The notes beneath the pieces were generated by a model. That model saw only the letters and a list, made by a program, of their open reading frames with translations. It did not search any database and was not told the origin of the DNA. Below, piece after piece: positions 57,435-64,000 of a stretch of 64,000 bases of DNA. The stretch covers positions 147,114-211,113 of IMG/VR virus record IMGVR_UViG_3300043446_004613, one strand, 5' to 3'. Position 1 is the first letter of the stretch. Each line of letters opens with the position of its first letter. Position numbers and translations under genes: made by a program.

Positions 57435-57923
57435 ATGGCTAAGCTACCGGAAACGCTGAACCAGTTCATGCTGCCCTCGGGTGTCCCTGTCGGACAGGCT
57501 GGGCCGGGCGTTACCGCGCTATTGCTGGCCAGAGGGTACAAACTGCCCCACAGCTACCCCATAATTGAGGAAGGTGACTACGAGGATTTCGAGCAGTGTG
57601 TCCTACGGGCCTGCTCAAGGATGGTTTTCGATATAAAGCTGGAAGACTTTACTTCGCAGTGTCAGTCGGACGGAGTCGAAGTACGTCGTTTTGATCGCAA
57701 ATGGGTTTATGATGCGCAGCTAAAGCCATCAACCACGATTAGCGCAATGTTTCAGTTTAGAAGCTTCACCGACGAAGCTGTTTACCACTACCTGAAAGAG
57801 CTATCACTTGATTACGGTTTCATATTCAACCGTCTACAGATAAGTCGTGAGCGCAACTACATGGAGCCTTGGAAGGACATCGCGGTTGCGGAAGCCGAGC
57901 TTGTCTGGCCAACGTGGACGTAG
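57435..57923 (+). CDS. Hypothetical protein
   Basis: Full ORF between the regulator and the convergent kinase-like gene. Confidence 0.6.
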   Translation: MAKLPETLNQFMLPSGVPVGQAGPGVTALLLARGYKLPHSYPIIEEGDYEDFEQCVLRACSRMVFDIKLEDFTSQCQSDGVEVRRFDRKWVYDAQLKPSTTISAMFQFRSFTDEAVYHYLKELSLDYGFIFNRLQISRERNYMEPWKDIAVAEAELVWPTWT

Positions 57924-57928
57924 CTGCT

Positions 57929-58582
57929 TTAATCAGCGACGTAAGGTTCGATAGCCATAGCCCCCGGACGTTCGCAGAAGGCGTCACGCAGAGACTTGTC
58001 CGGGAACAGATAAAGCGCATAGCCTCCAAATCCGTCGCCCACGTACTTGTAGGCTAGGCTGCGGAAAGCGCTTGGCAGTGGCTCCATGCCATCGGACAGC
58101 TGGATGTTGTGGGTAAGGTTTATCGCCTCGGCCAGTTTGGTCAGGTTACCGGCAGCGACAGCGGCGACAGCTAGAGCGCTAGATTCAGCATGGGCGCTGA
58201 TAGGGGCGCGAGCAACTACTTCCAAGCAGTTTTTACCGGTGTGCCAGAGAGCCATTTTACCGGCCAGAAACGCAGCCTCTCGCTTTTCAATCAACGGTTG
58301 GGGCTTTAGCGGATCAAGTGACCAGACACACAGGCCAGTCTCTTCCAATATGCCAAAATCAGGCAGGAAGCAATCAGACCACGCAGAGGGATCAGCGTCC
58401 AAAAGCAAGCTCCGGGCGTAGGTATCAGCTAAACCAGAACGGTCAAGGTACGGCCAGTCATCCAGCGTCACTGTTGGACTGATCGCGCAGTTAACAACGA
58501 CCACGGATGTCGATGGGTAGACGTTCACCGGGAAACTGGACGGCCCGGCGAAATCAACACGTAATGGTACCTTGTCAGGCAT
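57929..58582 (-). CDS. GHMP-kinase-like protein with degenerate motifs
   Basis: PLRVDFAG, VVNCAISP, SGLA, KYVGDGFGGYALYL. Confidence 0.65.
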   Translation of the reverse strand: MPDKVPLRVDFAGPSSFPVNVYPSTSVVVVNCAISPTVTLDDWPYLDRSGLADTYARSLLLDADPSAWSDCFLPDFGILEETGLCVWSLDPLKPQPLIEKREAAFLAGKMALWHTGKNCLEVVARAPISAHAESSALAVAAVAAGNLTKLAEAINLTHNIQLSDGMEPLPSAFRSLAYKYVGDGFGGYALYLFPDKSLRDAFCERPGAMAIEPYVAD

Positions 58583-58595
58583 AGCCTAAATACAG

Positions 58596-59054
58596 TCAGG
58601 ATAGCTTGCCGCCACAGTGCGGGCAAACACAGAGGTTATGTCTTTTGTTCGCTGATTTTTGCGGTTCAGGTAATCCGAGCCACTTGGCAAGCTCCTTATG
58701 AGATTTCCAGCCATACCCCCGCGTCTTACTGCTCCAGTCTTTCTGATCAGCTTTAGTAACACGCAAACGTCCAGATTGGTACGCTTCCAGAGCTTCTTCG
58801 CGGCTATTGATATTGCAGTTGTTCAGCAGGTTTGCAAGCCTTACGCTAAAACCGTCTGTCCAGTGCGGGCCGCGATTTAGGCACTGTATGGCGTCTTTGT
58901 ATAGGTAGTTTGCCCTGCCTTCACATACACCCATTCTTTTGCCTATTTCCCTATAGGTCAGCCCTTGTTTGCGCAGCGTGTAGGCTGAGAAACGGCGCTC
59001 GCCTAAAAGCTCAACGGACGGAGCGCTAAGAGTTTCAAGTTGTTCGTCTTGCAT
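58596..59054 (-). CDS. HTH plus RNA polymerase alpha-CTD-like domain plus Zn ribbon
   Basis: GLTYREIGKRMGV; FSVRLANLLNNCNINS...RGYGWKSHKEL; CPHCG. Confidence 0.7.
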   Translation of the reverse strand: MQDEQLETLSAPSVELLGERRFSAYTLRKQGLTYREIGKRMGVCEGRANYLYKDAIQCLNRGPHWTDGFSVRLANLLNNCNINSREEALEAYQSGRLRVTKADQKDWSSKTRGYGWKSHKELAKWLGLPEPQKSANKRHNLCVCPHCGGKLS

Positions 59055-59092
59055 ATCAATATTTTGAGGTGCCCTGTCAATACGTATTATCT

Positions 59093-59314
59093 CTATTGCT
59101 TGCGAAATACCTCTTCAAGATATTCGATGAGGTATTTCGCATACCCTAGAACAAAGGTGCGCCCTTCAAAGATGAATGTGTCGGCCTGCACTGCTTCGGC
59201 GGCTTTGTATGTACGCTTGAGCCGGGCAAGCATGTCCGGCGTAAAATTGATGGACTCCTGCGACTCCTGCGCTGGTTTCGGTTCCGAATTCACATGTTCG
59301 AGTAGACTTAGCAT
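59093..59314 (-). CDS. Small hypothetical protein
   Basis: FTPDMLARLKRTY..FEGRTFVLGYAKYLIEYL. Confidence 0.65.
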   Translation of the reverse strand: MLSLLEHVNSEPKPAQESQESINFTPDMLARLKRTYKAAEAVQADTFIFEGRTFVLGYAKYLIEYLEEVFRKQ

Positions 59315-59320
59315 ACGATT

Positions 59321-59593
59321 CTATTTCTTGTTGAGCCACGCGGAAACCTTTTCAGGTGATCCGTAGCAGTCCGTACGGACGTTGTTATGGATGAAAGTGA
59401 TCAACAAGCCAATCGCGTTCTGGGCGTCGCGATCGGCGCGGCCAAAAGCAGCAAACAGATCGTTGGATAAGATTGCCGTCAGAAAATGTCCGGGAGCAGA
59501 GTGGTGCTCGACATAGTCATAAAGGCTGGTGAGGATGTAACTGGGAATTGCCCGGTATTGGGGATCGTTTACGGCTTGTTCAAATGTAATCAT
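59321..59593 (-). CDS. Small hypothetical phage protein
   Basis: PGHFLTAILSNDLFAAFGRAD; directly after its promoter. Confidence 0.7.
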   Translation of the reverse strand: MITFEQAVNDPQYRAIPSYILTSLYDYVEHHSAPGHFLTAILSNDLFAAFGRADRDAQNAIGLLITFIHNNVRTDCYGSPEKVSAWLNKK

Positions 59594-59600
59594 GGCAATC

Positions 59601-59628
59601 AGTATAAAGACTTTAGTTTCTACGTCAA
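59601..59628 (-). promoter_or_regulatory. Sigma70-like promoter
   Basis: TTGACG-16-TATACT; ATG 7 nt downstream. Confidence 0.7.
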
Positions 59629-59663
59629 CTTTAATTTTTAATATTATTTAGCAGACCATGCAG

Positions 59664-59729
59664 CGCTTTACGCGGGCGTCCCATTCATCAAACGAACAAG
59701 GATGTCGAGGTGTGCGCCCACGTAAAGCG
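59664..59729 (-). other. Long intergenic hairpin
   Basis: 15-bp stem CGCTTTACGTGGGCG/CGCCCGCGTAAAGCG (one U-G on the minus strand), 36-nt loop. Confidence 0.6.
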
Positions 59730-59740
59730 GCAAAGGCTGT

Positions 59741-60775
59741 TTACACCGTGCCAAAGGCGTGCAGGCGCTCAATGGCGGTGACAAAGCTCATGAGAGCACC
59801 ATTGTTGAGGCGGAACGCTTTCTTATCGCCGTAATGATCACGCACTGTCTGCCAGCGGCGTGTATAGTCGTTGTGACCGGATACAAGGACGTAATCGACT
59901 TGCGGCAGTTTCGCATGCGGTTGATTTTCACCAAGAATGAGTTCGACGTTATAGCCGCGACCAAGACGTTGGGTGATGCGTGGAATTTCTTTGTCCGACG
60001 GCCCGAACACCAGAAAGCGCTTCAAGTTCTTCGGGGTGGCGGCGGGTGTAGCAACTACAGTCGCCGGGGCCGGTGCAGCAGGCATGCTGACCGTAGGAGC
60101 CGGTGTAGCAGGTGTAGCAGGTGCGGCATGCTCGACAGCAGTTTTCACTTCCTGCTTGGAAAGGAACACATTGACGCGCTCGACATTCTGGATCATCTGG
60201 TCGTAACCAGTGCGGAATTTATCCACGTCTTCGAGCGCCGTGAGCACGGAATCTTCGATACCATTGAGACGCTTACCGAAGTCGGACAGTGTATTTTTGA
60301 CGCTGAGTTCGATAGCCTTAAAGCTTTCATTTCCAGCATTTTGTTTTTCAACGACACGCGCTTCAAAAGCGGTCAATTCCGTAAGACTGGCAGCAAGCTG
60401 AGCCTTAAATTCTTCCAGCTTAGAGAGTTCTTCTTTCAAAAAGCTGCCCCGTGCGAAAAGCTCAGTCAATAGTGTGAGCGCCGGGATGTCTGACAGGGGA
60501 GAAACCGTAGGCAGTTCAGCCTCGGGCGCTGCAACTACAGGCTTAACCGGTTTTTCGTTTCCAGATGCGTCGAGGTTGAGAATCTCGAACAGCGGCTTCA
60601 GCTGAGTTAACCGGCCAATGTGAAAACGACGGCGTTCGGGGGCGATGTCATCCTGACAAACCATCACAACCTGCGTCCACGGCATTTCGGGCTTGGACTG
60701 TTTCATTTTCTTTGCCCGGTTGGCGATGCCTTTCCACTCGTCATCAGTCCAGACTATGTAGCTTCTTGTATCCAT
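59741..60775 (-). CDS. Hypothetical coiled-coil protein
   Basis: Central heptad region, Ala/Pro/Thr linker and C-terminal alpha/beta domain. Confidence 0.7.
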   Translation of the reverse strand: MDTRSYIVWTDDEWKGIANRAKKMKQSKPEMPWTQVVMVCQDDIAPERRRFHIGRLTQLKPLFEILNLDASGNEKPVKPVVAAPEAELPTVSPLSDIPALTLLTELFARGSFLKEELSKLEEFKAQLAASLTELTAFEARVVEKQNAGNESFKAIELSVKNTLSDFGKRLNGIEDSVLTALEDVDKFRTGYDQMIQNVERVNVFLSKQEVKTAVEHAAPATPATPAPTVSMPAAPAPATVVATPAATPKNLKRFLVFGPSDKEIPRITQRLGRGYNVELILGENQPHAKLPQVDYVLVSGHNDYTRRWQTVRDHYGDKKAFRLNNGALMSFVTAIERLHAFGTV

Positions 60776-60793
60776 AATGTTTAGAGTTTTGAG

Positions 60794-61243
60794 TTAACGT
60801 TGGCAACCGCACCAGAAGACGGCGTCGGCGTTGTTATACGTGGCCCAGTGGGTTGCCTTGCCGCACTGGACACAGGGGCCAGCTTCCGCCGAGCGGAAGC
60901 CGAAATTAGTAGCGCCTAAGACGGTCATGGTTTGGCTATCTGGCTGATCTACAGGGACATCAATGATCTGCCTGATCCAAGGCCGGGCAGGAGACAGCAG
61001 CCATTCCTGACTTGATTTTACTTGTGACAACATCTTCAGTTGACCGGCAACGTTTGCGCTGGTTATGTCTGACAAGTTTCTGTTTTCCAGACGCTTAGTA
61101 AGAGCGTCACAGGTATCTTTTGTGAGGGTATAGGTCTTCACCTGCGCAGAAAGCATCCACGAGAAGGCAACAAGTTCCCGTTTTACGTCGCCGCAGTGCT
61201 CGCACTTGGGAGCCTCTAGTTCTTTTAAGCTCTTGATAATCAT
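60794..61243 (-). CDS. Hypothetical protein with C-terminal CxxC...WCGC finger
   Basis: GPCVQCGKATHW...WCGC. Confidence 0.6.
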   Translation of the reverse strand: MIIKSLKELEAPKCEHCGDVKRELVAFSWMLSAQVKTYTLTKDTCDALTKRLENRNLSDITSANVAGQLKMLSQVKSSQEWLLSPARPWIRQIIDVPVDQPDSQTMTVLGATNFGFRSAEAGPCVQCGKATHWATYNNADAVFWCGCQR

Positions 61244-61255
61244 AGATAAATAAGG

Positions 61256-61546
61256 TTAGTCGCAACCGCACCAGTACGCATGACGATCGACTACCTGTAT
61301 CCGCCAGTTGGTCGGCGTATTGCATTTCTCACACTTGCCGCGAACCGTGTGCCGAAAACCGGTGTGCGTCGAAGTTTGTTTGAGCATGGCCGTGTTCAGA
61401 TCGTCGCAGAGCCTTTGAACGGCAGTCAGATCAGTCCGGCGCGTTCCTTCAACCATGAGGTTGTCGGAATCCATGACCCAGTGCTCCTGTACCTTGTTCC
61501 AGCGAGGCTGCTCGGAGTAAACGCGATAGGGTGTTTGCTTGCTCAT
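61256..61546 (-). CDS. Hypothetical protein with C-terminal CxxC...WCGC finger
   Basis: GKCEKCNTPTNW...WCGC. Confidence 0.6.
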   Translation of the reverse strand: MSKQTPYRVYSEQPRWNKVQEHWVMDSDNLMVEGTRRTDLTAVQRLCDDLNTAMLKQTSTHTGFRHTVRGKCEKCNTPTNWRIQVVDRHAYWCGCD

Positions 61547-61983
61547 TGTGCGCCTTTCGCTTTGATGCCTTCGAGGATGTACTTGGCCAGAGTGTACTTG
61601 TCGAGCAAGCTTCCGGGCGGCAAGTCGCTGGAATTGTGCTCAATGTCCTTGAGCTTCACTTCGAGCGTATCAGGATCACTGGCAGCCCGCAGGATAAAAT
61701 CAAGGTAAGGTTCATCAGGCTTCTTGGTCAGCAACAAGAGTTTATCAACAAGTTCGTCAGGCAAGAGTGTGCGCAAGCGCTCTTCGTCGTAGGCAACGTT
61801 GTCTTCCATCACGTCATGCAAGATAGCCAGCGGCTTGAGACGGTCGGGTACCATCATTGCAACCGCCATTGGGTGCATGATATACGGCTCTTCAGTTCTG
61901 TTGCGCTTTTGTGAACGATGCGCGGCGCTGGCAATGGTGACGGAAAGTTGAATTAAATCGGGGAGTTTGATTTCGATTTTCAT
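61543..61983 (-). CDS. HD-domain hydrolase (RelA/SpoT/Mesh1-like small alarmone hydrolase family)
   Basis: AAHRSQKR...EPYIMHP..VA, AILHDVMED, VKLKDIEHN; start MKIEIK at 61983. Confidence 0.85.
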   Translation of the reverse strand: MKIEIKLPDLIQLSVTIASAAHRSQKRNRTEEPYIMHPMAVAMMVPDRLKPLAILHDVMEDNVAYDEERLRTLLPDELVDKLLLLTKKPDEPYLDFILRAASDPDTLEVKLKDIEHNSSDLPPGSLLDKYTLAKYILEGIKAKGAQ

Positions 61984-61984
61984 G

Positions 61985-62248
61985 TTAAAAATGAGATACT
62001 TGGATTGTGCCGTTGAGTTTCTTTGCAGACTTCGGTGTACCATGCTGCCAGTGGCCAGCGGTACGTGCTTCGATCTCGGTCGGGAACCAGCGGGCTTGCT
62101 GGAGATCGTGGGATAGACCGACGGGAGGTAAATCACTCAAATAGAGTGGATTATTGGGATCACCACCGCCCCTGCGTTTACTCGCTTCGACGATGTAACC
62201 GAATTCGATGGATACGGTAGGCATAAACTCAGTTTTGATTGCTTTCAT
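61985..62248 (-). CDS. Hypothetical protein
   Basis: First gene after the 62265-62294 promoter. Confidence 0.55.
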   Translation of the reverse strand: MKAIKTEFMPTVSIEFGYIVEASKRRGGGDPNNPLYLSDLPPVGLSHDLQQARWFPTEIEARTAGHWQHGTPKSAKKLNGTIQVSHF

Positions 62249-62264
62249 GTTGAATCATGTGCTG

Positions 62265-62294
62265 ATACTAAAAGGAGTTGATTGTTACAGTCAA
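62265..62294 (-). promoter_or_regulatory. Sigma70-like promoter
   Basis: TTGACT-18-TAGTAT. Confidence 0.55.
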
Positions 62295-62316
62295 CATTTA
62301 TTTTTAGCATAGCACA

Positions 62317-62556
62317 TCACCAGAGCGGGACACTGGCTGAACGTGCCCAGCGTTTCCAATCGGTCAGTGAGCAGCGGCAGAACTTCGTCGAATTCTTCTT
62401 GCGCTTGTACACCACAGTAATCCCACGTGGATAGCGCTTCTCGAGGGCGACCACCATACGGGAATGGACACTGGTAACTCCGTGACGATTCCGCAATACG
62501 CGGGCAATACGATCACCGGGTTTGGGGACTTTGTTTGGTTTGCGTTTAATACTCAT
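62317..62556 (-). CDS. Small basic hypothetical protein
   Basis: Probable start MSIKRKPNK at 62556. Confidence 0.5.
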   Translation of the reverse strand: MSIKRKPNKVPKPGDRIARVLRNRHGVTSVHSRMVVALEKRYPRGITVVYKRKKNSTKFCRCSLTDWKRWARSASVPLW

Positions 62557-62566
62557 ACTGTGCGAT

Positions 62567-62893
62567 TTAGTTGTCTGTTTCTTTTTCAGGATCGTCCTCG
62601 ATCTCAAGTTCAGCGGCGATGTCTTCCATGAGGCAGTTGCCATCGCAGTCGGCCCCGTCATAGTGAACGACGATTGCCGTGGCCTGCTCGACGTAGTTGG
62701 ACTCATTCGCCTTGGCGAGTAAGTCATAGGCCGCCTTGAGCAGCACACCTTGGCGCTGATACGCGGCGTCGATCCGTTTGGCTACTTCTTCAGCTACCGG
62801 CAGATGAATCGCTGTCACTCCGGCAAGTTCGTTGTACTCTTTGATGTGTTTCAGGACGGTATTGGCGACGTCCAGCGCTTTGGTAGAGGTCAT
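62567..62893 (-). CDS. Hypothetical protein
   Basis: Probable start MTSTKAL at 62893; YDGADCDGNCLMEDI motif. Confidence 0.6.
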   Translation of the reverse strand: MTSTKALDVANTVLKHIKEYNELAGVTAIHLPVAEEVAKRIDAAYQRQGVLLKAAYDLLAKANESNYVEQATAIVVHYDGADCDGNCLMEDIAAELEIEDDPEKETDN

Positions 62894-62894
62894 G

Positions 62895-63728
62895 CTAATT
62901 TTCTTGGGCGTAGTTCGTTTGGCTAAAGGGTTTGAAGGGTAATTCCGGCAACGGCATCCAGTGCGTGACGGATTGGGCGGACGGACTGCCGTCCATGAAG
63001 AATTCATCCAGTGTACCGACATAGCGGCCACGGACAGGTGTCTCCTGCCCCGGAATGGCGAGCAGGATCGGTTTATAGTCCATAGCTGTGCTGTGCAGCT
63101 TGGCCGGGACAGGGTGCTTTGCTACGGCGTGCCAGACAGGCAGTGGCAGGTTGTCCCGGAGCAGGTTACTGAACTCGATCAAGGCCCGAACCTGCAACGG
63201 TTCAAGGCTGTCGAGCGGGCCGTCGGTGAACGTGTGGGGGTAAGCGGCGTGGGTCAGGTCACCGTCCTCGCTCACATTCGGGCGTAGGCCGATCCATTTA
63301 GGGATAGCCAGTCCATTGAGTTCGGCGGCGAGCGCCTGCTCAGCGGCCTCTTTCCGGCGCTGATTGGCCTTGAAGCGGTCATTCTTGTCCTTCTCCTTCT
63401 GATGCGTGTTCAGCGCGTATTCGACCACCTTCGTGATTGTCTCCTCGGTCTGAAGGTGCAGGGTGACTGACCGCGCAGCGTACGGATTGTGGCAGGTGAT
63501 GATCGTGGCCATCCGGCGCGGTGTCAGGAGCAAACGCCGGACGAATTCGATTGTGTAGCGGAAACCTCCGGTGCGTTCGATGCAGACGAGAGAGCCGATC
63601 TTGTCCTCCGTTTGATTGCTGGTGCGCTTGAGGTAATGGACGTCCCAGCCTTGCTTATCGAAGGCGACCGTAAAGTCATTGATCCACTTCGTGCGTGTAT
63701 CGTTTACGATGTCTTGTTGTTCAGGCAT
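62895..63728 (-). CDS. Hypothetical protein with C-terminal DUF551-like domain
   Basis: Ends ...VTHWMPLPELP. Confidence 0.65.
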   Translation of the reverse strand: MPEQQDIVNDTRTKWINDFTVAFDKQGWDVHYLKRTSNQTEDKIGSLVCIERTGGFRYTIEFVRRLLLTPRRMATIITCHNPYAARSVTLHLQTEETITKVVEYALNTHQKEKDKNDRFKANQRRKEAAEQALAAELNGLAIPKWIGLRPNVSEDGDLTHAAYPHTFTDGPLDSLEPLQVRALIEFSNLLRDNLPLPVWHAVAKHPVPAKLHSTAMDYKPILLAIPGQETPVRGRYVGTLDEFFMDGSPSAQSVTHWMPLPELPFKPFSQTNYAQEN

Positions 63729-63734
63729 AGAGAT

Positions 63735-64000
63735 TTAGTATTCGAGGCCCATGTCAGCGACCTTGCCGTCCGCCCAGTTCTGCGGGTCACGTTGACGCGC
63801 TTCATCAAAGCGCTTCTGATGGCAGGGACGCAGCTTGGGACGGATGGCATCGTAGTTCTCCGCCAAGAGTTTTTCTGCCAGCGCACGGCGAGCATTGCTG
63901 GCCGCGCAATAGGCAAGATAGGCTTCCTTCGACTTGGCTTGCAGAGCTTCAAGTTCGGTCAGGTCAAGGCCAGCGGCGCGAGCGGTTTCCTTGAACTCAC
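63735..64000 (-). CDS. Hypothetical protein, partial (start beyond right edge)
   Basis: Open frame EFKETARAAGLDL...ADMGLEY*. Confidence 0.55.
   Translation of the reverse strand, partial: EFKETARAAGLDLTELEALQAKSKEAYLAYCAASNARRALAEKLLAENYDAIRPKLRPCHQKRFDEARQRDPQNWADGKVADMGLEY

Noticed and set aside
59664-59729. Hammerhead ribozyme
   Set aside because: TTGATGA rather than CTGATGA, and no matching GAAA core.
59759-60472. 237-aa plus-strand ORF
   Set aside because: Shadow of the coiled-coil gene.
1-64000. CRISPR array, tRNA genes or stop-codon reassignment
   Set aside because: No regularly spaced repeat-spacer units or cloverleaves were seen by eye. Genes are long and densely packed under code 11, with TAA, TAG and TGA all used as stops.

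Overview
A gene-dense 64 kb segment of a large, T4-like/jumbo-style myovirus genome in standard genetic code 11. It holds tail sheath and tube, neck and baseplate genes (gp14/15/25/26/51/5-like), a gp20-like portal and several large Ig/PKD/LamG/collagen virion proteins. These are interleaved with replication genes: primase, 5'-3' exonuclease, Mre11/SbcD nuclease, SF2 helicase and an HU-like protein. From about 56 kb to the right end is an early-type region driven by sigma70-like promoters. The main observations are: (1) eight glycosyltransferase and three SAM-methyltransferase domains embedded among structural genes, suggesting an elaborate virion-glycosylation system; (2) a 2127-aa baseplate protein ending in an apparently intact PhoD phosphatase; (3) a splicing-competent-looking mini-intein/Hint domain in an Ig-domain virion protein, with an unannotated HNH remnant nearby; (4) a tandem (Cpn20-like) GroES; (5) a candidate +1 frameshift (UUU UUU CGU UGA) joining gp26-like and gp51-like ORFs; (6) an Acb1-like 2H phosphoesterase fused to a HExxH domain; (7) a recurrent GTWNTTA motif a few nt upstream of start codons, suggesting near-leaderless late transcription; (8) an RNA polymerase alpha-CTD mimic. 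The host is tentatively Verrucomicrobiota-like (inference only). All family assignments come from motif recognition by eye; no database search was run.
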